A stretch of 58,916 bases of DNA, the filler included, from Sphacelaria rigidula (lineage: Eukaryota): the NCBI GenBank assembly GCA_964200075.2. It is 9 parts of 9 records of this genome, joined end to end, with 100 filler letters (N's around TTAATTAATTAA, not from the genome) between each part and the next. Parts side by side here need not be neighbours in the genome. Positions count along the whole stretch, not along the records: positions 32,791 to 39,247 come from CAXNAA020019961.1; positions 39,348 to 45,804 come from CAXNAA020019962.1; positions 45,905 to 52,360 come from CAXNAA020019963.1; 6 more parts are not named here. One strand, written 5' to 3'. Position numbers and translations under genes: made by a program. The notes under the pieces are model-generated. The model saw only the letters and a program-made list of their open reading frames with translations. It ran no database searches and was not told the origin of the DNA. Below are positions 36,570 through 49,800 of the stretch, in pieces; the stretch's first letter is position 1; each line of letters opens with the position of its first letter.

Positions 36570-38349
36570 CAGTGTTGAAAATCGGATATCGATACTCGAT
36601 TCGATTTTGATATATATCGGTCGATACGGCGTATCGGTATCGCCGGATTCCAAGCCGATAGTTGTCGATACATATTGATATCAATATCGATATCGGATAT
36701 TGATATCGTCGATAATTAAAAAAACAAATACCGGGGTGGGGGTGGGGGGTAGTAGGCAGCACGTCGCCCTTCCTTTTTCGCATGCCTCCGCCCACCGTCA
36801 ATCACCTCCATGCCCACAACGTCGCCACCCACCACACTCTACACACCACACAAGAAGAAGCGCAACAAGTTGGGCACCGGAGCGGTCAATAACTTGGTGT
36901 TTCTTCATGGGTGCCACGGAGTCGGGTGGCAAATGGGTGATTCGAACCCGAGGGCCCCAAAAAATAGCGCTCATGAGCAATCGCCGAGGTGGAGTCAACT
37001 TGGTTCTGTGTGCGGCGTTTCTTCAGTGTTTGCACGTTGCAGTTGATAGTTCAGCAGTATATCGTGTGCAGACATCAGAAAGGGGGGCGTACTCATTTGT
37101 TGCTTGCCTTAGTCGTTTGACCATTGAGCACGCATCCCTTTCGAGACAGAGCACCGTTCCTACTCCTAATAGACACCTCCCACATTCTGGCGCTCATTGA
37201 CATCAGAAAGGGGGCGAAAGAGTACCGCAGATGCCTTGTAAATATTTCACGTGGGCAGGAGTGTTTCGCGTGTGAGGATAGACGGTAATTTCCTTTTCTC
37301 ATCATGATCTTTTTTTTTTTACACAAGCTGTTGAACTCCTTTGCTTTGGCGTTTAGGTGTCTGAAGTTTTTACTTCGTCGTGTAGCCAACAATGAAAAAA
37401 AATGAACGTATCCTGCCGAATTTTTCCCTTGCTTGGTATGGAGAACAGAAAAAGCGAGCGCGACTTTGCAGTATCATTATCGAGCAGCTTCGAGGTTTGG
37501 CGCGTATGTTATTCAATAATGAGGAACGCGTTCGCACTGCGCAGTGCGCAGAGTCGGGGTAAATGCTCAAATTCGATTGAAACATAGTGAAATAGTGGCC
37601 GCGAAATATACTTTGATACATTACCGGCTTGAACAACGCACCATGTATCACGCATCACACCTGGCGTTGTGATCAACTCCCTCTTTTGCGACTTGCCTCT
37701 TACACGATGAAGAACCCTTCTTATTAGATCGAAGCATCACGCCGCCCGTATAATTCACCACTTTGGAGGGCGCTATGGTTAATTTCAGTTCGACTTGATT
37801 TTAGTGTGGACAGCGAAATCCGGATCTTTATTGCGCCTGTGCTCCAAGCGTGCTTCTAGCGTGCGCAGAACGCGTTCTTGTCGAGATCGACTCCTGGGAC
37901 GCCGATTTGAGGTCTGACAACGCACGCTTTGCCTACGGAACACTTTGCACTCCATTGCCCAACGGTTCTCGGTGTGCCTTTGTTGGGGTTAGGGTTAGGG
38001 TTTCTCACCCTCCATACGCGTAAACTCACCTCCACGCCGCGTGTTGTGCCGCCGCTTCTATTATGCCAGATAACAAATCACACACTGGTATTTCTGTACC
38101 TTCATACAATCAGGCGTGCACCCACTCCGGGTTAGATTGCTAGTGTGTCAGTGCAGTACCGTGAGGTCTTGGAAGCTGCGTCCATTCCAAAACAGTCGTA
38201 TCGTATCGTATCGAGAATCAGTATCGAGTATCGGTACGTATCGGGCATCTTCTGCGTATCGAAAAAAATATCGGTATCGACATCTCTTTACGTCGATACT
38301 TTGAAACTATCGTATCGAAAAATAAAATTCGTTCGAGAATTCAACACTG
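36570..38349. mobile_element. Non-autonomous hAT-type element (1780 bp)
   Basis: TIR CAGTGTTGAA...TTCAACACTG; perfect 8-bp TSD ACCCAAAA (36562-36569, 38350-38357); subterminal CGATA/TATCG repeat arrays at both ends. Confidence 0.9.
37090..37198 (-). mobile_element. 5'-truncated LINE insertion with 18-bp TSD inside the hAT element
   Basis: Flanked by GACATCAGAAAGGGGG(G)CG (37071-37089, 37199-37216); body matches the LINE 3' end at 45905-45990 and 52461-52520. Confidence 0.85.
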
Positions 38350-39247
38350 ACCCAAAACAAGACCCATATTTTGACTCGAACGTCACGTTGGAAACAGAAT
38401 TACAATTATACTTGACACACAACACATTTGAATGGCTGCACATTGCTCGTAGTCCACCGCAGTACCTTGCTACACATATTTTGAATACGGTCATCACGCC
38501 GTGAATAACTCCATTTTGGTACACCCAATGTCGCCAAGCGCTAAACACCAAGTGTCAATCACTCACTTAATCTCCACGGACTGCGTGTGCGTTTCTCCCT
38601 TGAGGCGATCGATGTGGGTCTGGTTGGTGGTCACCACCTCCCACTGGTCGCACACCATGCACATCGTGAACATTCCAAATAGCATAGCCTGATCTCCCCC
38701 ACAGCATGCGCAAGCACAACGACGGCGACAACAAGAGGCAGTGAGAGACGGCGTCCACGCTTTCAAAAGTGTGCTCAGCAACTAGCTGCTGTTGGTGAAA
38801 TGTGCGCGGCTCTTCCTGGCCCAAAACATGAATCGCTCAGGGTATTCGAGACGGATGAGCGCAAATGGTTGTCTCCGACAACCATACGATACCTGGTACG
38901 ATTCATCAAATGGATGGTCCATGGTTCCCGGGTACAAACACGACCACGGAGAAGGTTTCCGTGGCAGCAGTATGAACGATTCGCCACGTGGCGCGGAAAA
39001 AAATAACTGGTGTTTAGTATCGTCTTCACGTCGGCGGGAATCTTCTCCCAGGGTACAATGTCCGTGTCGCCCACGCCCCGGTCCGCCTACCGTACTGTCC
39101 AGTTGAGGTACATGGCGCCTACCGGACCATGTAAGGACTATGAAAACAATATAATGGACACGCCCAGTCTTGTTGTACCAGGCTCAGAAAATATTTCTTG
39201 TCAGACTCCGCCGCCTCCCGCCCTCCCGTCCCCTCTTCTACCAGCAC

Positions 39248-39347
39248 NNNNNNNNNNNNNNNNNNNNNNNNNNNNNNNNNNNNNNNNNNNNTTAATTAAT
39301 TAANNNNNNNNNNNNNNNNNNNNNNNNNNNNNNNNNNNNNNNNNNNN
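39248..39347. other. Artificial contig spacer
   Basis: Same spacer. Confidence 0.98.
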
Positions 39348-41464
39348 GTCATTTTTGAGCGTGCTGCGAAAGAAATAAAAGATTACCGTCTGTTGGCGGT
39401 AAATTACCGAGGAGTACCCTGATTTTTTCCTCGCTGGACGGTTGCGGGGCCCCTTTTTCTGGGCCGTAAAAGAGCCACCACACACCCAGCAGAGATATTG
39501 ACCATTTTGCTGCTATAGACGGTACTGTGCACTGGCTGTAGGAGAACGCTTCACCATCATCGTCCTTGCTATCAATATCTCAATCCCCCCCCACACCTCC
39601 ATCCTGTCGACAACAATTATAACTCTTGGTGGCACACTGGTAGAAGGGTGACTCGTCTGGAAACATCCTCCCATCTGATCGTGAATATAAGGTACTCACA
39701 CTGATACATCGTATATCAATTATATATTACATTTATGGACAAGATGGCATTAATCCAATTGCACCCAGTTGGTACGGTGCTGCATGTACTGTTGTATTAT
39801 TTGCTGAACCGGCTCTATCTATTACTTCAGTCTGTTGTGCTGCAGGGTACCGTTATCACAGGAAGCAACATGCGCCGTCTGACTCACAAACACGAAGCCG
39901 AAGTCTCCACAACAATTGCTGTGGATCACAGTAGTGTTTGATATAGTAGTTGAGCGGACGTCATTGCGTTTTCGTGCCACAATGTATGACGTCATCATCC
40001 CGAAGCTCATACACAAAAGTGACGTCCTCTTGTAGGAAACTGACACCATCGGAAATATCATTTTTGAGTATGGGAGTTGCGTACTGCAGCCGATGATATT
40101 TCCACGTGATAGCAACCAGGTGCTTCATCCGGAGTGTGCTCTTGTTCGATAGAATTTGACCCAACCGCGCTGGGGTTACATTTTTTGTATGCGCATGATA
40201 TCTGATTGTAGATTCATCCTTTACCCTTTCCCTGTTACCATGGTTGCGCCCGGTCTTTTCTGTTGCTGTAGTTTTATCTTATTCAAGTTTCCGAATAATG
40301 AGGAGTCTGGTCTGGGGGTGGGAGGATTTTAGGTTCCAAACGGGTTAGGCGTCCAACCAGGGGCCCAGGCGTCGAAGGGGGTTACAATTTTGATGAAAAA
40401 GTAAACGCCTTTTCCAGTAGGAGGTGCAGTAGCATTTGACTGTGCTTAACGGAGGAGGGGGCGTCACGTTTTTTTCGTTTAATTCGTCCTATTCTGCTGT
40501 GTGTGCGGACATCATCGTACATGAACAGCCACGTGTCCTGCTAAGCACGATTGCGGCTTCTGGGATGGCCGTATGCTGCTGGTCATGGCTTATTCATGAG
40601 CAACTGTGACGCGCGGCGTGGTCATGAACACGCTGTTTAGCCTAGAACAGGGCACCCCAATGGTTGTTCATGTGTGGTGGTACCTTCGATCTGTGTCGCT
40701 CTCTGCACGCGTCGCCTCGTGGTCCCTCCGTACATCCCACTCATCTACGAGCGAAGTGCTTTTCAAAATAGATGGCGAAGCATTTTTCAGAGGTGACGAA
40801 GAGGCTTGTCTGAGAACACCTCCCAAATGGACGGACGAAAAACAACGGTTTAAAATAATTTCCTTCATGGTGGTACGGGATCGTGTCGGGGCGCATAATC
40901 ACGAAGCGATTTTTCTTCCCCAAAGAGAATGTTATTTCGTCCCGTCAGGATACGGCCGTACGTTATGATGAGCGCCCACGTAAATTGATGCAGGGAAGGA
41001 AATGTACAATTCGACGCGGGGAAAAGCGGGTTTTCCTTGTTTTCTCTGTATTTCCCAAGAGACGACAATCACCGCTGCGGTACATGGAACTGTGCGGAAC
41101 GGACAATAATGAAATAGTCGAGAACTCAAACTAGCGGATGAAGGTAACAATGTACAGATGACTGACAATCGATGGCCTCATTTTCGTAAAGACATAACCG
41201 TACTGAAGGTTTGGATGGATGTACCCTCGCTGGCTTGTGCACAGCGTACACAACACCACGCAACTGTGGAGATATTTTGTCATTATACGAAATCTCTTTG
41301 TATCTGGATCATGGCAGACTCTTATGCGCATGTTCACCCAAGAATAAAATGGACCCACCCTCTGGATGCTGTTGTCTTGATCCAGTCGTGCCCGTCTAAA
41401 TGAATATGGATGTCTGTGTTTGGGTGCTGTTGTTCATCGTTCCCACCTCGGGGTTTCCCCACAG

Positions 41465-43989
41465 ATTGAGGCGTTTCGAGAAACTAGCGAGCTGGCGGCC
41501 ACTCCGTGGTTATACCTTAGCGAGGAATCCGAGCAACGAGGGTGAGTGCATTATGAACAGTGAAGGGTGAAGGACCTGTGTTGCTTGCTAATTCATGTCC
41601 GTTCCAGGTGAATTGTCTTCGAGTTTGATTGTAGACGACGGGAAATCAAGCACACGTGGTTCCCTTTGTGTGCTTCTCGGGTCGCCATCGATGGGTATAA
41701 CGGCTATCGGGCGTTTCTTTCCCGTCTTTACCGCAATCCGCAATCGTTGAATACTTGTTTCACTCATCTTTCCCGTGCCGTCTGCTGCCGTATGCCGTAC
41801 GCCGTACGTTTGGGAAGCATAGGAAGATTTTCAAATGACTCCACTTCCTTGTCTGCCCCTACACGCCTCTATACGCCATTTTTTCATTCGCACAGTCCCG
41901 TGAGCGCCGCTGCATTGGCACTGCTTCTTCGACAGGGGCGGGTGGACGGCATGACCATGGCCTGGACCATGGGCATGGCGGAGTGGAAACCCCTCGGCGA
42001 GGTGTGTTCTTTACAATGTCTTTATTGCGTACGCGCAACATTCTTCCGCAAGTAGGTTCGTGTTCGAGTCGCACAGTGATTTTGAGCTGGACTGAAAGGG
42101 TGGACTCACGCTTCTCTCCCATGGTTTTCCTTCTTTTTTTTTCTTCAGTTTACTCTGTCCCCTTCTCCCCCCCTCCCCCTTTTTGCGGTAACCATGACAG
42201 TGGTTGAGCTAGATCATACTGTGTGGAGCGAGAGAATCTCAACACCGCGAAAAGGGGGGTGACCGAACTACGTAGTGTTTATATGGTGAGACATCCATGA
42301 GGCAGTGTATTAGCCGTGACTGTCTCTGGAAGTGGCGATACCAGCAAATGAAGCATCTCATTGGAGGTTGCCATCCAAATGCAAGATAATCAGTAGGCTT
42401 CGGGCCCAACAATCTTGGCAGGATACAGCTCACCCTCCATGCGACTTGCCGAACGCACCACGGCGCGTCGCGCTCGGTGATTATTTGCGAGCCTGGTCCG
42501 GCGAAAACCCGGCGTGTCCCGTCCCGGCTTTGTAGGGTTGCAAGGTCATTGGTCATATGACCATAGCATGTATGATCATAAGTCCCCCCCCCCCCCCTCA
42601 AATTTTTTGGCATTCTTCCGTTTTCTCGAGTTACCTTCAGGTCACAAGTGTTTTTGTTCTGTTCACCTTGCGTACGTCTATTTGGTATCTAGTGACAACT
42701 ACTGGATTCGTGGCGGATGATTCAATGCTAATGTGAGAACATGAAATGAATCAACCAATCAAGCGATCAATGAGAGCCGGCGATTGCACCGCATGTTTTC
42801 TCCGGTGTGCTTTGCTTTGCACCCCTCGATGAGAAGGGGGCCACGCATGTTTTTTTTTTTAATCGTGTCGCTCCTTTCCACACATGGAAATAATCCCTTG
42901 ATAAAATTTACCAAAGCAAAGCATTTTTTTTTTTTTTTTGCCTGAACTAATAAAATAAAACGAGCCCACTTTTTTCTCTGTTGATTTTGTACGAAAGCAA
43001 CGTACGAACATTGGAGGTTTCTGCCCAGTCATGGACGATTCTAACTCGTGTCTCCTCGCGTGGGCACCGAATACAGGCCTCACAAGTGCGAGCTTTGTTG
43101 CAAGACGATGACGACGACAATGACGAAGAGCAAGATATGCAGCGACAGGGGGGCAATGGGGCCGAAGAAATCATGGTTTTCGAAGGCGCAGATGAAGCTC
43201 AACCCGCCTACGAGCCACCACCGAAAAAAGAGGTGCTGTCAGAATACCGTAGGCCACCGAAGAGGTACAATATAGCAAAAGAGGTACACGTTATGCGGTG
43301 GGCCGCTGACGAGATACGTAGCCCCCACAATGACGCACGATAGGCCGCCAAAGGGTTACACGGCAGGCCACCTATGCGGTACGTGGGTTCGACATTTTGT
43401 CAGACCTAGGGCCGGAGCTCTTGAGAGTAGGGCGGCGAGTGCACTGCGCCAAGTTGACGGAGGGTTTTGATAGGTCCGACCCCCACACTGCCTTGAGCAA
43501 AGCTTGCGAACGCTCGAGGCGCCTACCCCATACGACTGCCGCGAGGCAGTCTAGTTGAGCCTCTGGGAAATATTCGGCACATGAACCCGCTTGCGGGGTA
43601 CGTGTTGGATCAGGTTTCCTTTTTTTTTCAAGGAAAAAGAGGAAGACATTTTATTAGAGAAGGTACAGTACAACATGATGTAAGTAGAGTACGGTAGGCC
43701 ACCGATGAGGTACAGTAGACTATCAATGATTCACACCCTGGACAAGATATGATCAATAGATGCAATAGACGAGAAGTGTACTGCATTTCCCATCTATTGC
43801 AACTATTGATCATAGATTGTCCAAGGTGTGCAATGATTATACCGTAAGCTGTCAGGGTGATGAAGGTATGGGTGGGCAACCAATGGCATACAGTGAGCTG
43901 CAGGGCAGTAACACTATTGGGTGTTTGGAGTCTTGTCACCTGAATCACCACTTGGCGGTTCCACGCTCGCTGTTTCTGTCCTCGTTTGC

Positions 43990-44032
<43 letters not shown>

Positions 44033-45447
44033 ATATGTGCGCACTGTTTCGTTTCGCAGAGCAAACGAAGCTTCATGGCGGACGATGGGACAAAGTTCGC
44101 CTGGGACGAGGAGAAGGGCGACTGGCAGCAGGTGGAGGGGGACGAGGAAGAGGAGTTAGAGGATGGAGAGGAAGCGGTGAGAGTCAAGTGGGGTGTGCAA
44201 AAACTCGGAGTGATATTAGGGTACTGTATCTCTTTCTGCGTGTCAAGTGAATGACAGTTGCATATTCACGTTTTATTTCGTACGTTAACGTCATTGGTGG
44301 CGGAACGGCTGCTTCCTCGCACTGCGGTTCTCGGATCGCTGAGCCACAAGCTGCTCTCACAACCTTGCTTCTTGTACAGCCTCCTACCTGGATCCCTGAC
44401 AGGAAACTGTCGAATTTTCTATCGAGATTATGTTTGATCCGGCCTCTCGGAAGTCTACTTGAAAAAAAAAATCTTTCTCTCTCTCGTCGCCGTCGTCATC
44501 ATTGTCGTAGTCTGTCTTTCACTCGAGTTCGTTTCGGGAGTGTATCCCTTTTTTTATTCAGCCTGGGTAGATACTGCCTGTGACCGGGGCTGCATTCGCG
44601 GGGGATCAATCAACGAGAGACTGATCAAATTCATCTCGATGAACACATCAATGTCAACGAACAGGTCACGTGGCCGGGGAGATGCAATGGAGAGATAGGG
44701 ATGGGGCGATTGAAGTGTAGGCTTCACGGTATTTGTTTTACGTCAGTATCTACCACGGCGAGGACTAGCACTTTTCGAGGCATGCTTATGCATTCAGATG
44801 AAAGGCCCTGAAGGAACGGTGTGGATATTTCAGTATGCGATTCAGTTTGTTCAGGGTGTGATTTTGAAGTAATTGAAGTATGTGGATGGGGAGGGGGGGG
44901 GCGAGGTGGGGGGATAGGGCAAGCTAAACCCTGGCTGGAACGATAGGTGCACTCATAACACCGTTGCTCAATGTTCTTATATTTGCTCAACAAGATCTCC
45001 GCTTCTCTCGGGCACACGCACGCACGCACGCACGCACGCTCACACACGTCATCATGTGGCAGGTGGAAGAACCTGCGTGGAAAGCTCGCAGGACGAAGCA
45101 ACAAAAGGCCCAAAAAGAAAAAGAAAAAGAGCTCAGAAACCTGAAGCGTAAGGCTGAGGGGGAGCCTTCGGCATCTAACCCAGAAACCGACAACGACGAC
45201 GACGATAGAGATCCGGATGTTGCTCATTGGGGAGAGCTCCTGGAGGATGCTAAGCGCGAGGCGACGGAGGCGGCGGCGGCGGATGGTGAAGATGGAGGGG
45301 GCGACGGGGAGGGGGGAGCGACGGCGGGGGAGGGGAGCGATGAGGCAGCGAAGAAAGAAAAGAGGGAGAAAAAAAAGAAAAGCAACAAAAAAAAGAAGGG
45401 GGTCTCTTGGAACAAGAAAGCTACCAATTTGTGGGTCTACGTGAAGG
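41465..45447 (+). CDS. HTATSF1: Tat-SF1/CUS2-like U2 snRNP splicing factor with N-terminal GYF_2 domain; exons 41465-41541, 41896-42001, 43077-43232, 44060-44176, 45063-45447 (partial)
   Basis: All junctions are GT-AG and in frame: WLYLSEESEQRG|PVSAAALALLLRQGRVDGMTMAWTMGMAEWKPL (GYF_2), SFMADDGTKFAWDEEKGDW, K-rich tract, NLWVYVKG (RRM1 RNP2 start). Confidence 0.82.
43990..44032 (+). repeat. (GTT)n microsatellite in an intron
   Basis: About 14 perfect GTT units. Confidence 0.95.
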
Positions 45448-45804
45448 GTGAGCTCCTCGGCGGTGGCGTGGATGTTGCTGCTGCATTTGGGTGTTTGTGG
45501 TTGACGAGTGACATGCTTTGCCGTTTCAATTTCGCACGAGTCCCGTTTGCCCCCCCCCCCCCCCCTTTCCCTTCCCTTCCCTCCCTTCTTGCTAATATAG
45601 GATATGGGGTAGGTGAAAAACGAGAGTGGGGCAGATGAACCAGCGCTCAAATGACCGTCTAGTCTAGTTGGGAAAGGGGGAGGGGGGGGGGGGCGGGGAT
45701 GCAGTCGGGCTTGAACTCGCGCGAGAAAAGAACTGACTACATATAACAGTATTTTCGTGAGATTGAGAGTAGATGATACCATTGAGAGTGAAAAGCGGTC
45801 AATC

Positions 45805-45904
45805 NNNNNNNNNNNNNNNNNNNNNNNNNNNNNNNNNNNNNNNNNNNNTTAATTAATTAANNNNNNNNNNNNNNNNNNNNNNNNNNNNNNNNNNNNNNNN
45901 NNNN
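45805..45904. other. Artificial contig spacer
   Basis: Same spacer. Confidence 0.98.
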
Positions 45905-46680
45905 GTTTGACCATTGACCACGAATCCCTTTCGAGACGGAGCGCCGTTCCTACTCCTGACAGAGAAACCTCCAACAATCCGACGCTCATTACGTTGCTTT
46001 CATAGATTGCACAAAAACCTTTACAAATCGTATCCTCTGCCTGATTTGGCGTCTGTGGTCATAATCTATCTCCTACTATTGCGTATCAAACGTTTCAATG
46101 CCATCTCTATTTACTTCCCACATGGCTCCCTCTGAAACATCCCGTGCCTCCTTGTATAGTTTACATTCTGTCGTTATATGAGTTGTATTCTCTTTAGCTT
46201 TGCCATAGAGGCAACGTTGTGCGTCTTTTTCCTCCTTCACTCGACTAATGGTATAACTACTCCTTCTCTCTGGCAAGTCCAGGTTCCCCACCCGGAATCC
46301 TAGTTTTCAGTTTTTTCGCGGAGTTCATTGGGCCATGCAGATATGTTCTCATCCCAATCCCCTCTCTCAACCCGCCGGATATCTTCATACCTGCTTCTCG
46401 CATACTTTCCGTGTCAGCGCCTTTTTTCCCCTTGCTTCTATCATGTCTCTCACTTTTGTCTTGTACACGCCACATGCACCTATCGAGAGTATGTCGTCTT
46501 AGTTCCTTCCTATGTCCTTCCATACTTCCTCGACTACGCTGTCCCATCTTATCCCAGCCTGCTCTCCCGTCACTTTCTTCCATAAGGCCCTATCAACTAT
46601 GGGTGGCGACATCTTTCCTGGCTATGCTCTTCACGCTCTGTTATATTCCCCTTGTTCCAAAAACGCCAAAACAACAATCA
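45905..46680 (-). mobile_element. LINE 3' fragment (ORF2 C-terminus with zinc knuckle and 3' UTR)
   Basis: PIVDRALWKK..IRWDSVVEEVWKDIG, GLREGIGMRTYLHGPM, LDLPERR, RCLYGKAKENTTHITTECKLY (CCHC-like); frameshifted. Confidence 0.75.
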
Positions 46681-46899
46681 CAACTCATCCACGTCCCAGC
46701 CCATCCAACTAACCCCTACACCTCTACAATTATATATCCCGCAATTTACCCGTTCACACATGCTGAATCCTGTCCGTAGATGAGCTATACATATAAATAG
46801 GTGAGACGTAGGAGTTGGTTAGGTGGGTTGGGATGTGGATGGGTTGTATTGCCATTTCAGTTTTATCATGTCTCTATTTGTTTCAAATGGGTACTGTTG

Positions 46900-49800
46900 A
46901 TAATATTGGTGTGATGAGCCGCACCGCAGGAAAAACAGAGTCTCCCTTGAAAAAGGGATCCGCCGCATTTAGCGGCGAGGCTGGTGAATAACAGGGTTGG
47001 TATACTCTCCAACTATCACTGGTATTCGAAGAAGGTCTCGGCACCATAATGACCGGAGACACAACAGCACCAGAAGTACCAGAAGCAAATGCTTCTGAAG
47101 ATGCGAACTGACAATAGAGCGCTCAGTGGATACGTTGAAAAGAACGGTAATCATTTTACAAGATTGCTTTTAGCTACGAGTGATGATGCTGAGGGCCACG
47201 CAAGCGTGCCGGCAAAGATAGTGCTGGCACGTGCACCAGTTGGGCGTTCCACGCCGTATGCAGACGGTCGTGCTGCAATGGTAGAGTTAGACACCACGTA
47301 TCTCAGGGATGGTTAGTGCCGCATGCAGGAACTCCACAACGAGCTATCACAGCTCCTGGTTACACTGAAGGATGGGTATAATCCCTCTCCGACAATCAAC
47401 AAACTCCGTCGAATTTGTACTGAACTAGACTCGGAGATAGAGTGATATTTGCTACGAAGAAGTATATGCTGATGAAGGCTTTGCCTAGTCAACAGTATGC
47501 CCCATTAGAATCTGCGCTGATATGTGACTAGGGGGCATACCGCGAAGATTATGATAAGCTGGTTGCAGCAGTAACGGAGCACTATACTCTCGATCTTCGT
47601 GACGAGTACTCCGGCGAATCAAAACCCGGACCACGTGGCAATGAAGTTGAGACCGCCTTGAGCACAACCCACCCAGGCGCGGGGGGATTTCGTCGCCGAA
47701 ATGGCCGTGGCCGCCGGCATAATGACAGTAATCACACTACAAGTTCCTCACGCCAGACTACTGATAACACTGGCGTGCGAAGCCGCAACGAACCTGGACC
47801 TGGTCAAGGAACACATGGAAGAGGACGTGGTCGTGCCGCCAACAGGCAAGGTCGATGCAACTATTATCGCAACTCGTTTGAGCATGGCTGGAATGATTGC
47901 TCCTCCGTCTCGAACACGAACGCGACCACCACGCAAAACTCGGCTGCCACCACGACCACAGAAAATTCCAATACCTCGGTGATGAACGCTGCCAGTGACG
48001 CCACCACAACAGAACGACTGTCACTGCGTGGTGTGCGCGTTTGATTCACGATAATACTGTACGGCAAACAATCCGCTTGAAGAAGTGTATATTGACTGTG
48101 CAGCAACTGCACACATGGTTACTGAGCCTGCTGAATTTGCTGATTCCGTGATAAACCCGAGGGAGTGCAAGGTTACAATCGAGGGGTCGTGCGGAACAAC
48201 GGTTGCGAACAAGCGGGATATATTATTGTTTTCTTTGAAGAACCAACATGGACGACCTGTTCGGATCTCTGTGGAGGTCCTGATTGTACCCAATCTTGGG
48301 GCGAACTTATTATCGGTCGGTGATCTTCAAGAAAAAGGCGTGAAAGTTGACCTGGTTTCATCTCCACCGGCCATACATTCTGGACCTCACGTCTTCCCTC
48401 TATCGACCGAAGTACCACATCTCTTTGTCCCGTCGTTGATGCTGGAGACACGAGAAGCCCACACATCTTACACCTCGGTTGCAAGCGCTGATCTATGACA
48501 TCGTAGACTGGGCGACTGCAGCTCACGGGCACTTGTGGAGCTGGTTAAGAATGAGCCAACAGGTGTGCAATTTAGTGGCGATCTCAAGCCTGGTGGCTGC
48601 CACATCTGCTCTGTAGGTGAGAGCAAGAAACGGCCTCACCCTCCATCGGTTCGCCCCCGGGCGCAGACGCGCTTGGCGATTTTTCACACAGATTTATGGG
48701 GAAGCACAGTGGTATGCCATCTTATGGTGGTTGTTAGTACGTTATCATGTTTACGGACGATATGACACGAGTACGTTGGGCCATTACTATGAAGACGAAG
48801 GATGAAGCAGTCGTTGCGCTCCGACTGTTAGTTCGTGAAATTTGCGGACCGGATGGAATTCCATTGATAACCATCAGATGCGATGGTGACGGCGAATCCC
48901 AAGGAATGTTAAAAGAACCCGGCCTTGTCTCTCGGAATCAAGATTTCGACCGATGCGCCTTACATTCCACTAGGAGACGCCGTTGCCAAGGGTATTTTCA
49001 GGACTATAATCGGAGTAGCTCGTTGCTTGATGTTGGGCGCTCCACACGTTCCACCGAAACTGTGGCCTGAAGCGGCTAGAACCGCGGTCTGCATCTGCAA
49101 TAGGACTTCCACTGACGTTAAAGGCAAGACGCCTCTTGAATTTTGGATGAATAAGCCCCTAGGAGGACTCAAGCGCATGCACGAATTCGGATCAATCGCC
49201 TTCAAACATATTGAAGAGCGAAACAGAAACGGAAAATTACAACCTCGAGCTCAGAAAATGATCATTGTGGGATACAATACGAAGAACAAGAATTACCGAC
49301 TAGGGACGCCTGAAAGACCGCGCGAAATCCAAAATTCAGCCAAAATGTAATTTCGGGAGAAGGATACACGTGACGTGGTCAACCCCGACCCTGGGTACAA
49401 TCCTTTCCCGGAGGAAAACTCTGAGTCCGTGGATGAAGAGGAATATAAACACGAAAAAGACTCCCAGGATAAAAGTAAACCCAACAACCCTCCGCGGATT
49501 CGGACAAGTGACCGGCAGCGTGGGCTGCCTCCTAGTACAAGTCAGTGGTCGCTTCATACTGATGCTGACGCCTCCAACGAAGCCACTTTTGCGCGGATTG
49601 AATATGCCATGATTACCGGGAGCTTTGACACTGTTGGATCGACGAGTCCAGGGCAACTTGGATACATGTCTGGTGATCCGAATACGTTTGATGCCCTGCA
49701 AGATGATACTTTTGGGTGGAGTGCCAGCATGATGGCAGAGCAAAAGTTCTTGGAGGACCATAATGTTTTTTGCTGGGTGTACGTACCAACTGATAGTACC

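Noticed and set aside
44724..45782. 352-aa minus-strand ORF
   Set aside because: Antisense shadow of the Tat-SF1-like exon and simple repeats
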